A stretch of 60,697 nt of DNA, the filler included. It is 3 parts of 3 records of this genome, joined end to end, with 100 filler letters (N's around TTAATTAATTAA, not from the genome) between each part and the next. Parts side by side here need not be neighbours in the genome. Positions count along the whole stretch, not along the records: positions 20,159 to 50,526 come from SRR20825006_1133; 2 more parts are not named here. The stretch is one strand, 5' to 3'. The first letter of the stretch is position 1. Every line of letters begins with the position of its first letter. The notes beneath the pieces are model-generated. The model searched no databases, was not told the DNA's origin, and saw only the letters and a program-made list of their open reading frames with translations. The translations under genes and the position numbers were made by a program. Below are positions 31,079 through 40,024 of this stretch, one piece after another.

Positions 31079-32212
31079 TTAATCGATAAATTCTAAGATT
31101 TTAGTTACAATATACTCAATTTGCTCATTATCTAGCTCAGAATGCATTGGTAATGAGATCACTTCTTTCACTAATTGATTGGTGATGGTAAAGTCATCTT
31201 CATTATAACGAGCATCAGCATAAGCTTTCTGTTTATGCAGCGGAATAGGGTAATACACTCCGCAAGGAATATCGTTAGCATTTAAGTGTTTTACAAGAGC
31301 GTCACGATCTACGCCTTGCAAACGCAACGTGTATTGGTGAAAAACGTGCGCGTTAGGATCACCGCTTACGATGTTTGGTGTAATTACTTTAGGGTGGTCT
31401 TTTAGATGCTCAGTATATTTAAGTGCAGCGGCTCTTCTTCGGGCATTGTAGTTGTCAAGATGCGGAAGCTTAGCTCGCAATACTGCTGCCTGAATAGAAT
31501 CTAATCTTGAGTTTACACCTACGACATCGTGATGATAGCGCTCATACATCCCGTGATTTACAATACCTCTAATGGTGTGTGCTAATGCATCATCATTTGT
31601 AAAAATTGCACCGCCATCTCCGTAGCAACCTAGATTTTTTGAAGGGAAAAATGAAGTGCTTCCCACGTGACCAATGGTTCCGGTTTTTGAAGTAGAGCCA
31701 TCTTTATGTGTGTAATCAGCGCCGATGGCTTGAGCATTATCTTCAATTACAAAAAGATTATGCTCCTCAGCAAGTTCAAGTAATGCATCCATATTTGCAA
31801 CCTGACCAAAAAGATGCACAGGAACAATCGCCTTTGTTTTTGGAGTGATGGCTTTTTTTACCGCTTCAATATCAATATTAAAATCAACAGGATCCACATC
31901 AACTAAGACCGGTGTTAACTGAAGCAACGCAATTACCTCAACGGTAGCCGCAAATGTAAAATCAGCTGTGATCACTTCGTCTCCCGGTTTTAGACCAAGT
32001 CCCATCATAGCGATTTGCAAAGCGTCAGTTCCGTTAGCACAAGGAATCACGTGCTTTACATTTAGGTAGTCTTCTAAATCTTTCTGAAAACCGTGAACTT
32101 CTGGTCCGTTGATAAACGCGGTTGTGTCTATTACTTCTTGAATGGTTCTGTTTACTTGTTCTTTTATAGGTTCGTATTGACCTTTAAGGTCAACCATTTG
32201 TATTTTTCTCAT
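31079..32212 (-). CDS. DegT/DnrJ/EryC1/StrS family sugar aminotransferase
   Basis: ANGTDAL, IEDNAQA, SFFPSKNLGCYGDGG and NSRLDSIQAA. Confidence 0.93.
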   Translation of the reverse strand: MRKIQMVDLKGQYEPIKEQVNRTIQEVIDTTAFINGPEVHGFQKDLEDYLNVKHVIPCANGTDALQIAMMGLGLKPGDEVITADFTFAATVEVIALLQLTPVLVDVDPVDFNIDIEAVKKAITPKTKAIVPVHLFGQVANMDALLELAEEHNLFVIEDNAQAIGADYTHKDGSTSKTGTIGHVGSTSFFPSKNLGCYGDGGAIFTNDDALAHTIRGIVNHGMYERYHHDVVGVNSRLDSIQAAVLRAKLPHLDNYNARRRAAALKYTEHLKDHPKVITPNIVSGDPNAHVFHQYTLRLQGVDRDALVKHLNANDIPCGVYYPIPLHKQKAYADARYNEDDFTITNQLVKEVISLPMHSELDNEQIEYIVTKILEFID

Positions 32213-32364
32213 AGCTGAATCTTACGCCGAATACCTTTTTTAAAACCCTTTGAGGTTGTGGGAGTTTAAGTAAATCGGCTTTTATTTTAGTGTTACAAAA
32301 TTACGAAATCTAGCCGCTTTAGCCAATGTATTTTTTAGGTAGAAAAGGCTACTTTTGTGTCCTT

Positions 32365-33606
32365 ATGCGCCACTTGTATTCCCTTTTGATCAGCTTGTTT
32401 CATGTGATGCTTCCGGTGTTGGGAGTGTTTATTAAATCGTTGAAAGAATTCTATCAAGTACGTCGTGGCTTATTTAAAGTTTTAGAGGAAAAACTATCAG
32501 CTCAAGATCAAACGATCTGGGTGCACGCCGCTTCTCTGGGAGAGTATGAGCAAGCCGTTCCTGTTCTAGAAGAACTACGGGTAAAATACGAAGACTATAA
32601 AATTGTTCTTACTTTTTTTTCGCCTTCAGGCTATACCGTAAAGAAAGCAACACCGCTGGCTGATGTGGTGACTTATTTACCTTTAGACACCAAAAGGAAT
32701 GCTCAGCGTTTTGTAAAACTGGTAAAACCAGAACTGGCAATTTTTGTAAAGTATGAGTTTTGGCCTAATTATCTCAATACCCTTCAAAAACTAAAAGTGC
32801 CTACGCTTTTAGTTTCCGGAGTGTTTAGAGCTGATCAGCCGTTTTTTAAGTTTTATGGTAGGTGGATGATACAGTCGCTACGGGCTTTTGACTATTTTTT
32901 TCTTCAAAACACGTCTTCTTTAAATCAATTGCAGCAATTGGGTTTTAAGAATGCTGAAGTGAGTGGCGATACCCGTTTTGACCGGGTGCATCGTCAATTG
33001 AGTTATGATAACTTTTTACCGGAAATCGAGCGTTTTAAAGGAACTGACCTTTTGTTAGTTTGCGGAAGCACCTGGCCTGAAGACATTGCTTTGCTGTCAG
33101 ATTTTATAAATACCGCAAGTGGAATCAAAATTTTGATCGCTCCGCATAAAGTGGATGAAGACCGCATACAGGAATTAGAAAAAGTTTTAAAAAGGCCTTC
33201 TAAGCGCTTTTCAGATCTTCAATCTGATAAAAACTTTGATGCAGATGTTTTAATTGTTGATGCCATAGGCTTTTTATCTAAGATCTATGCTTATGCTGAT
33301 CTTGCCTATGTAGGCGGTGCTGCCGGAACCACCGGTTTGCATAATATATTAGAACCTGCAACCTTTGGCGTGCCCATCATCACTGGGACTCACATCGAAA
33401 AATTTCCGGAAGCTCAAGATCTAAGAACTTTAGCCGGACTATTCACTGTGACGAATGCTGAAGAAACTACTGCGCTTCTTAAGAAATTGACGATTGATGC
33501 CAATTTCAGACTAAAAACAGGAATCATCTCTGGTAATTTTATCTCAAACAATACAGGTGCAACGCCTAAGATTATGGCTTATATAGATCAGACGCTAACT
33601 GCTTGA
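32365..33606 (+). CDS. waaA: 3-deoxy-D-manno-octulosonic acid transferase
   Basis: WVHAASLGEYE, YLPLD, GDTRFD, GSTWP and GLHNILEPATFG. TACTTTTG promoter element at 32350-32357 favours the ATG at 32365. Confidence 0.92.
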   Translation: MRHLYSLLISLFHVMLPVLGVFIKSLKEFYQVRRGLFKVLEEKLSAQDQTIWVHAASLGEYEQAVPVLEELRVKYEDYKIVLTFFSPSGYTVKKATPLADVVTYLPLDTKRNAQRFVKLVKPELAIFVKYEFWPNYLNTLQKLKVPTLLVSGVFRADQPFFKFYGRWMIQSLRAFDYFFLQNTSSLNQLQQLGFKNAEVSGDTRFDRVHRQLSYDNFLPEIERFKGTDLLLVCGSTWPEDIALLSDFINTASGIKILIAPHKVDEDRIQELEKVLKRPSKRFSDLQSDKNFDADVLIVDAIGFLSKIYAYADLAYVGGAAGTTGLHNILEPATFGVPIITGTHIEKFPEAQDLRTLAGLFTVTNAEETTALLKKLTIDANFRLKTGIISGNFISNNTGATPKIMAYIDQTLTA

Positions 33607-34244
33607 TTTAAATAGGTTCTAAACGGAAGCATTTCTTTATAGATCTTTATGACCTGATTATCAAAGTCAGCACTCATTACTGTTTTTTGGGTTAGATTAT
33701 GTTGAACAGCAAAAGTCTTGCGGCGCAGCAAATCTATATGTTCGTGATCTTGCAAGAAACCTTTAGGTGCTGTTTGGAGACTGTCACCGTCATCTACCAG
33801 GTTTCCAAAGAATTCTTTAAAGCTAGGTTTGTTGAGAATAGCTTTTAATTCTTCACCATTGTAGTCAATTGCTTGTCTAATACTTTTAAGTAAAGAAGAT
33901 TTGGGTTTGTAAAAGCCACCGGCAATAAAACTCTCTGAAGTGCCTAGGTGGATATAAAAATCTCCCTGTTTGGTTTCCTGATCTAAACCTGCACCAAAAT
34001 GATCTTTATAAATAGGTTTGTTAGGGTGGTAAAGCAAATTATTATTTATTCTGTTGATCGCTTTTTTGCCTGGAGTGTGCGTGTAATTAGGATCGATCTC
34101 ACTCAATTTTAAATCCATTTGCGTGAGCCATTCAATATAAGAATCTCTGATCTCGTGATACCATTTTCGGTTATCATCCATCCATTCTTTTGCATTGTTT
34201 TTTTGCAAAGCTCTTAAAAACGCATATAAATTCTGAAAGTTCAT
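33588..34244 (-). CDS. DUF2461 family protein
   Basis: FLRALQKNNAKEWMDDNR, YIHLG...FIAGGFY and LQTAPKGF...HIDLLRRK. Confidence 0.8.
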   Translation of the reverse strand: MNFQNLYAFLRALQKNNAKEWMDDNRKWYHEIRDSYIEWLTQMDLKLSEIDPNYTHTPGKKAINRINNNLLYHPNKPIYKDHFGAGLDQETKQGDFYIHLGTSESFIAGGFYKPKSSLLKSIRQAIDYNGEELKAILNKPSFKEFFGNLVDDGDSLQTAPKGFLQDHEHIDLLRRKTFAVQHNLTQKTVMSADFDNQVIKIYKEMLPFRTYLNQAVSV

Positions 34245-34400
34245 CTTTTTCGGTTAAAGGTACTGTTCTCAAGAGGTACGCGCTGCTAAACTATTCTGCT
34301 TTAACGCATTATTTAGAATTTTTAGCAATCATTTATCAATTCTTTTAAAATACCAAAGGCATTTCTATCTAGATTTGCCCTTCAACCAAATCATTAAATT

Positions 34401-34616
34401 ATGAAAAAAGTAATTGGAATTTTTGTTTTAGGTCTTTTAGCATTTAACACCTACTCGTGTAGAGAACAGGAAGAAAAAGAAACTGTGGTCGTTAGAGAAG
34501 TAGAAGTTGAGAAAGACGATGAAGGAATTCTAGAACGTACAGCAAAAAAAGTAGATGCTGAAGTCAATAAGGAGATTGACGAAGAAATTGAAAATATTGG
34601 TGATGATAACAAATAA
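34401..34616 (+). CDS. small acidic lipoprotein
   Basis: Signal peptide ending in TYS-C, then REQEEKE. TAGATTTG promoter element at 34370-34377. Confidence 0.8.
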   Translation: MKKVIGIFVLGLLAFNTYSCREQEEKETVVVREVEVEKDDEGILERTAKKVDAEVNKEIDEEIENIGDDNK

Positions 34617-34623
34617 TATAAAG

Positions 34624-34860
34624 ATGAAAAAGATAAGTTTTTTAGCAAGTCTTCTTTTAGTAGTTTCTATTTCATTCACGGCGTGTCGTGAGCAAAGTGA
34701 AAAGGAAAAACTTGTAGAGGAAATGAAAGAAGAAGGAGCTGAGATCGATACCAAAACAGACGATGATGGTAATTATAAAATCAAAATGGAGTCTGAAGAA
34801 AAAGAGGTAAAGATTAAAGAAGATGCAGACGGAGATACTAAAATAAAGGTAGATCACTAG
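34624..34860 (+). CDS. small charged lipoprotein
   Basis: MKKISFLASLLLVVSISFTA-CREQSEKE; ATG at 34624. Confidence 0.8.
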   Translation: MKKISFLASLLLVVSISFTACREQSEKEKLVEEMKEEGAEIDTKTDDDGNYKIKMESEEKEVKIKEDADGDTKIKVDH

Positions 34861-34887
34861 TCAGCGTCTGACAACAAACAACAACCT

Positions 34888-34918
34888 AAAATCCACCGTG
34901 TGTACGGTGGATTTTTTT
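34888..34918. terminator. intrinsic terminator (likely bidirectional)
   Basis: AAAATCCACCGT-GTGT-ACGGTGGATTTTTTT. Confidence 0.85.
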
Positions 34919-34944
34919 GTTTTAAAGTATAATTTTCGAGGAAA

Positions 34945-35712
34945 TTATTTGAGGTTGCGCATTTGACTTTTAAGTTCTTCCATACCTTGCTGTAATTCTT
35001 TGAGTAAACTACTCTCAGAAGGAGAGTCTAAGTGAAAGGTAAGTTTACTGTTTACCTGCCATAACTCTTGAATATCGCTCACTTGAACTTCAAATGGCAA
35101 ATATTCTTGATTGAGTGAAATGAGTAATACCTTTGAAGGGTCTGGCAATTTCTGAAGCTTTTTTACAACCACAGCATCCGGTAAAACCACCACATAAACC
35201 CTATTTGTAGAAGCTTCGTCCATACTGGCGATAGCTTTCCCCAAAACCCAGTCATCGGGCATAAAATTAGGGAGCATACTATCTCCTTCAATTTGAAAAC
35301 CACGGTAAGTGGCATTGCGATATTGTGGTAAAGGAAGATCAAAAGCAGGAAGCTGTTGATACCAGTCAACATCCTGAACATTATGTGGGTATCCGGCTGC
35401 AGCTTTCTGATTCACCATAACAAGATTTTCGTTATCGGCAAGATCAACCGTCACCACTTTAGGGCTCACATCACCTTTACCAGCGTGCAACAATTTCTGA
35501 TTGCTGTACCCGAATAACCATAAGGGATTAATATTGTAAAGCCGTAATAATTCGGTGACTACTTGACCAGAAAGTTTAGTTCTTCCACGCTCGATGTCTG
35601 CAGTTGAATTCTTGATGCCTAAAGCTTCGGCAAATTCTGATTGCGTAAGGTTTTGCTCTTCGCGCACTTGCTTAAAACGACGAATGTCGCCAGATACTTC
35701 ATTGATTCCCAT
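34945..35712 (-). CDS. XRE HTH - S24 peptidase repressor (non-canonical Bacteroidetes LexA-like)
   Basis: HTH LTQSEFAEALG...ADIERGR, Ala-Gly cleavage-like KAAAGY, catalytic Ser in GDSMLP and Lys in VVKKL. ATG at 35712. Confidence 0.85.
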   Translation of the reverse strand: MGINEVSGDIRRFKQVREEQNLTQSEFAEALGIKNSTADIERGRTKLSGQVVTELLRLYNINPLWLFGYSNQKLLHAGKGDVSPKVVTVDLADNENLVMVNQKAAAGYPHNVQDVDWYQQLPAFDLPLPQYRNATYRGFQIEGDSMLPNFMPDDWVLGKAIASMDEASTNRVYVVVLPDAVVVKKLQKLPDPSKVLLISLNQEYLPFEVQVSDIQELWQVNSKLTFHLDSPSESSLLKELQQGMEELKSQMRNLK

Positions 35713-35732
35713 AGCGTAAAAATAAAATAATT

Positions 35733-35804
35733 CGGAATAAATCCGATTTAAAGATAGGAAAAAATCCATCAATAGGAAAAATTCTTTATTTTTGTAAAAA
35801 TTCC
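35733..35804. promoter_or_regulatory. cluster of GGA-N5-TCC operator boxes overlapping the divergent promoter
   Basis: Perfect boxes at 35734-35744 and 35757-35767; one-mismatch boxes at 35775-35785 and 35794-35804; TATTTTTG -7 element at 35787-35794. Confidence 0.8.
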
Positions 35805-35808
35805 TACT

Positions 35809-37068
35809 ATGAATTTTGAACGAATAAAAGAAAAACTAAATATTCTAGCCGATGCGGCAAAATATGATGTCTCGTGTTCCTCTAGTGGAAGCAAGCGTCA
35901 GAATACTTCTAAAGGTTTAGGGGATAGTTCCGGAATGGGAATCTGCCACAGTTATACTGAAGATGGCCGATGTATTTCCCTCCTTAAAATCTTACTTACC
36001 AATCATTGCATTTTTGATTGCGCTTATTGCGTAAGCCGAAAAAGCAATGATATCAAGCGCGCTGCTTTTAAGATTCAAGAAGTGGTAGATCTTACGATCA
36101 ATTTTTACCGCCGTAACTATATTGAAGGTTTATTTCTAAGCAGTGGTATTTTCTCAAGTCCAGATCATACGATGGAGCGCCTGATCGCGGTCGCCAAAAA
36201 GTTGCGTTTAGAAGAAAATTTTAATGGTTACATTCATTTAAAATCTATTCCCGGGTGCAGTGACGAATTAATGCGTGAAGCTGGTTTGTATGCCGATAGA
36301 CTTTCGATTAATATCGAGATTCCCACAGTTTCCGGACTCAAATTATTGGCTCCCGAAAAGGATCATAAGGATTTCATCAAACCTATGGAAAAGGTCAAAA
36401 ATGAAATTTTACAATATCAGGAGGATAAAAAACTGTCCCGAAAAACACCTATTTATGCTCCTGCCGGGCAAAGCACACAAATGATTGTAGGCGCAACAGG
36501 GGAGAGTGATAAGGATATTATGTATTCTGCTGTGCATTATTATAGCACCTATAAAATGAAGCGCGTGTATTACTCAGGATATGTTCCGGTCTTAAAAGAT
36601 GAGCGCCTGCCGGCGTTAGGAACTGAGGTGCCAATGCTGAGAGAAAATAGATTATATCAAACAGATTGGTTACTCCGGTTTTACGGTTTTGATGTACGCG
36701 AATTATTAAATAAAGAGCATCCCAATTTAGATGTGGATATCGATCCTAAATTGAGCTGGGCTTTGCGCAATATGCATCTGTTTCCGGTTGATGTCAATAC
36801 CGCCGAAAAACGAATGCTTGCCCGGATACCGGGATTGGGGATGAAATCTGTGTACAAGATCTTAAATGCCAGAAAATACCGAAGATTAAATTGGGAGAAT
36901 TTAAAAGCCATTGGCATCGCATTTAACCGAGCTAAATATTTCATGATCTGTGATTCCCGCGACTGGGAACGACGGGATCTAGAGCCGGCACGAATTAAAA
37001 GTATGATTCTTCAAAGTTCTCAAAGTAAGTATCAGAAAATGTATAATAATCAGCTAACCTTGTTTTAA
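35809..37068 (+). CDS. putative DNA modification/repair radical SAM protein (TIGR03916-type)
   Basis: AAKYDVSCSSSG, GICHS, CIFDCAYC (CxxxCxxC), YQTDWLLRFYGF and an HhH-like RIPGLG. Confidence 0.92.
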   Translation: MNFERIKEKLNILADAAKYDVSCSSSGSKRQNTSKGLGDSSGMGICHSYTEDGRCISLLKILLTNHCIFDCAYCVSRKSNDIKRAAFKIQEVVDLTINFYRRNYIEGLFLSSGIFSSPDHTMERLIAVAKKLRLEENFNGYIHLKSIPGCSDELMREAGLYADRLSINIEIPTVSGLKLLAPEKDHKDFIKPMEKVKNEILQYQEDKKLSRKTPIYAPAGQSTQMIVGATGESDKDIMYSAVHYYSTYKMKRVYYSGYVPVLKDERLPALGTEVPMLRENRLYQTDWLLRFYGFDVRELLNKEHPNLDVDIDPKLSWALRNMHLFPVDVNTAEKRMLARIPGLGMKSVYKILNARKYRRLNWENLKAIGIAFNRAKYFMICDSRDWERRDLEPARIKSMILQSSQSKYQKMYNNQLTLF

Positions 37069-37814
37069 TGCAAGCTCAAAAACTTATTTACGATGGAAGT
37101 TTTGAGGGATTGCTGACTTCTATTTTTGTGGTTTATGAGGAGCGAATTCCTAATGCTGAAATAGTAGAAGAACGTTTTTACGAACCTAATTTTTTCGCCG
37201 AAACAAATCACATATATACCGATGAGACCAAAGCTGCGCGCGTTTGGGATAAACTGAAACAATTTCCGCAATTTAGCGCAACGGTGTATCGCTCGTTCTT
37301 GACAGAATTGCGAGAAAAAGAATCTTACATTCTAAAAGCGATTCAGTATGTGTTGAAAACTAAAAATGCCAAAGATTATGGGCACCCGGCGGTACTCAAG
37401 TTGGCTCAATGGACTAAACAAATAGGACGGGAAAAACACAGGATGGAAGCTTTTGTGAGATTTAAACGGACTAAAGATGACCTGTATATAGCACTGGTCG
37501 CACCTGATTTTAATGTGCTTCCACTCATTGCGAAGCATTTTAAGAATCGTTATGCAGATCAGCAATTTGTTATCGTTGATCATAAGCGCAACTATGGCAT
37601 TTATTATGACCTTAAGAGCATATCATTCGTTACGCTAGATTTTGACGCCAATAATTTAAAAGAGGGTCTTCACGAAGAAGAGCGGTATTACCACGAGATG
37701 TGGCAAGATTATTTTATAAGCACAGGTATTAAAAGCCGAATTAATAAAAAGCTTCATCAGCAACACGTACCTAAACGTTATTGGAAATACTTAAATGAAA
37801 AAAATCCGCTTTAG
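37068..37814 (+). CDS. TIGR03915/DUF4130 putative DNA repair protein
   Basis: YDGSFEGLLT, REKHRMEAFVRF, PDFNVLP, HFKNRYADQ and PKRYWKYL. Translationally coupled (TAATG) to the radical SAM gene. Confidence 0.9.
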   Translation: MQAQKLIYDGSFEGLLTSIFVVYEERIPNAEIVEERFYEPNFFAETNHIYTDETKAARVWDKLKQFPQFSATVYRSFLTELREKESYILKAIQYVLKTKNAKDYGHPAVLKLAQWTKQIGREKHRMEAFVRFKRTKDDLYIALVAPDFNVLPLIAKHFKNRYADQQFVIVDHKRNYGIYYDLKSISFVTLDFDANNLKEGLHEEERYYHEMWQDYFISTGIKSRINKKLHQQHVPKRYWKYLNEKNPL

Positions 37815-37858
37815 CGATAAATGATTATTTTTAGTTAAGTAACTCAAAAATTCAAATT

Positions 37859-38062
37859 ATGAAGCGATTATATTACAGCGTGATGGCACTCGCCATTTTA
37901 GGAGCAGTGTCTTCGTGTAGAGAAACCACTCAAGAAAAAACTGAGGAAGCAGTTGAAGCTATTGGTGAAGATGTAGAGCAAGCTGCTGAAGAAGCCGGGG
38001 ATGCTATTCAAGAAGGAGCAGATGAACTTAATGATGAGATACAAGGCAATGACGATCATTAG
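37859..38062 (+). CDS. small acidic lipoprotein
   Basis: Signal peptide, then VSS-CRETTQEK and an Ala/Glu-rich tail. Confidence 0.8.
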   Translation: MKRLYYSVMALAILGAVSSCRETTQEKTEEAVEAIGEDVEQAAEEAGDAIQEGADELNDEIQGNDDH

Positions 38063-38078
38063 TAAGCTCTAATGTTTC

Positions 38079-38120
38079 AAAAAAAGGGTATTTCAAAAGC
38101 GATTTTAAAATGCCCTTTTT
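38079..38120 (+). terminator. probable intrinsic terminator
   Basis: AAAAAGGGTATTT...AAATGCCCTTTTT inverted repeat. Confidence 0.6.
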
Positions 38121-38312
38121 GCTTTTTAGCGTTAACCCGGTTTATTGAAAAATTCAAAATTGTCAGAGATTCTGATAATCAATTCATTGTAATGCTTGCG
38201 GTTTTTTTAGCAAAAACATAAATCGATAAAAAATTTAATAAAATTTAAGAATAAGCGCTGTTAATTTATATACATTTGACAGCAATTAACGCTAATTAAA
38301 ATTACATCAATT

Positions 38313-38549
38313 ATGAAAAAATTTATGTTCAGTGCATTCGCACTTTTATTAATGGTTTCTGTTTCTGCTTGTCGTGAAACTACTGAAGAAAAAACTGAAG
38401 ACGCAATGGAAAGCGCTGCTGACGATATGGGAGATGCAATGGAAGATGCTGGTGATGCAGTAGAAGAGGCTGCTGAAGATACCGGTGACGCTATCGAAGA
38501 AGGTGCTCAAGAAGTTGAGGACGAAGTTGAAGGAAACGACGATATGTAA
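38313..38549 (+). CDS. small acidic lipoprotein, paralogue of 37859-38062
   Basis: VSA-CRETTEEK...GNDDM. TACATTTG promoter element at 38271-38278. Confidence 0.82.
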   Translation: MKKFMFSAFALLLMVSVSACRETTEEKTEDAMESAADDMGDAMEDAGDAVEEAAEDTGDAIEEGAQEVEDEVEGNDDM

Positions 38550-38569
38550 TCTCTAAGAGATTAAAAAAG

Positions 38570-38600
38570 AAAGCCCCGAACGTAAGTTCGGGGCTTTTTT
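38570..38600. terminator. bidirectional intrinsic terminator
   Basis: AAAGCCCCGAAC-GTAA-GTTCGGGGCTTTTTT. Confidence 0.9.
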
Positions 38601-38625
38601 ATGTTAAAAAATAGAATACTACTCC

Positions 38626-39507
38626 TTAGATCGTAGCGCTACTGGTAGTAGCCTGACGGTCTACTTTTTTGACTAGACCTTGTAATACCTTACCTGGGCC
38701 AACTTCAATAAATTCTGTGGTACCGTCTTTAAGCATATTTTCAACACTTTGCGTCCATTTTACAGGAGCCGTTAGTTGAAAAAGTAAGTTCTTTTTAATT
38801 TCTGCAGGATCGGTTACTGCTGTAGTACTTACGTTTTGATAAATAGGGCACGTAGGTGTACTAAAGGTTGTTTTCTCAATGGCAGCTGCAAGTTCTTCGC
38901 GGGCAGGCTCCATTAAAGGAGAATGAAAAGCACCACCCACCGGAAGCACCAAGGCACGTTTTGCCCCACGCTCCTTTAAACGTTCACAAGCTTCGTTAAC
39001 CGCTTCGATTTCCCCGGAAATAATCAATTGTCCCGGGCAATTGTAATTCGCAGCTACTACCACGCCATCAACATCAGCGCAAACCGCTTCAACTAGTTCG
39101 TCTTCTAAGCCTAAAATAGCAGCCATTGTAGAAGGTACACTATCACAAGCCTTTTGCATAGCCTGGGCACGCTGCGAAACCAATCTTAGTCCGTCATCAA
39201 AACTTAATACGCCGTTAGCAACAAGTGCAGAAATTTCACCTAGAGAATGTCCCGCTACCATTTGCGGTACAGCGCTATCTCCTAAAGCCTTAAACAACGC
39301 AACCGAATGTAAAAAGATCGCAGGTTGGGTTACTTTAGTTTCTTTAAGTTCTTCAGCAGAGCCTTCAAACATAATCTTGGTAATATCAAACCCTAGTATT
39401 TCGTTGGCGCGCTCAAACAATTCACGAGCCACATCAGAAGTTTCATAAACGTCCTTACCCATACCAGTAAACTGCGCTCCCTGACCGGGAAAAATATATG
39501 CTTTCAT
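38626..39507 (-). CDS. fabD: malonyl-CoA-ACP transacylase
   Basis: FPGQGAQ, TQPAI, GHSLGE, ANYNCPGQ and GAFHS. Confidence 0.97.
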   Translation of the reverse strand: MKAYIFPGQGAQFTGMGKDVYETSDVARELFERANEILGFDITKIMFEGSAEELKETKVTQPAIFLHSVALFKALGDSAVPQMVAGHSLGEISALVANGVLSFDDGLRLVSQRAQAMQKACDSVPSTMAAILGLEDELVEAVCADVDGVVVAANYNCPGQLIISGEIEAVNEACERLKERGAKRALVLPVGGAFHSPLMEPAREELAAAIEKTTFSTPTCPIYQNVSTTAVTDPAEIKKNLLFQLTAPVKWTQSVENMLKDGTTEFIEVGPGKVLQGLVKKVDRQATTSSATI

Positions 39508-39613
39508 ATTTTGATTTTTCTAAATAGTGCTGCAAAAATACACATACACATATGGATTTAGAAATTATAAATACAAAGTGCGGTATTTATTCTCATAAAG
39601 TTGCTTACTTTGA

Positions 39614-40024
39614 ATGATATACGAAACGATCTTCATGATGAAACACAATCAATATTTCAAAATAGTTGCTTTTTTAGTCTGCGTCTTTTCAACGTATGCG
39701 GTGTCAGCTCAATTTGATGCGATCAGTAATCTACCGCTCCAGAAAAATCCTAAATATCAATGGGCTAATGAAAGCAAAAAGGCATCTATAAAAGAATCTA
39801 AAATGCAGGTTGATTTTTATTTAAATCAGAAAGATGCTGAAAATTACATCTATATTGTAGATGGTCAGGTTTTACCTGTAAATAATTTTAAGGAATATAA
39901 AGAGAGCATATTGAAGCAAGCTCGTGCCATCAATTTTGTAAAAAGAATAGATAGCGTTATGGGATATCCTTCTCATCGCAATCGAATGCTTATTTTAATT
40001 ACCACACAAACCGTTGAAGATTAA
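39614..40024 (+). CDS. hypothetical exported protein
   Basis: Signal-like N-terminus (AVSAQ). The YIVDG...ILITT ending resembles small TonB-plug-like Bacteroidetes domains. Confidence 0.6.
   Translation: MIYETIFMMKHNQYFKIVAFLVCVFSTYAVSAQFDAISNLPLQKNPKYQWANESKKASIKESKMQVDFYLNQKDAENYIYIVDGQVLPVNNFKEYKESILKQARAINFVKRIDSVMGYPSHRNRMLILITTQTVED

Noticed and set aside
34945-35712. Prophage CI repressor indicating a prophage
   Set aside because: No integrase, structural or replication genes; context and operator boxes fit a host SOS regulator.
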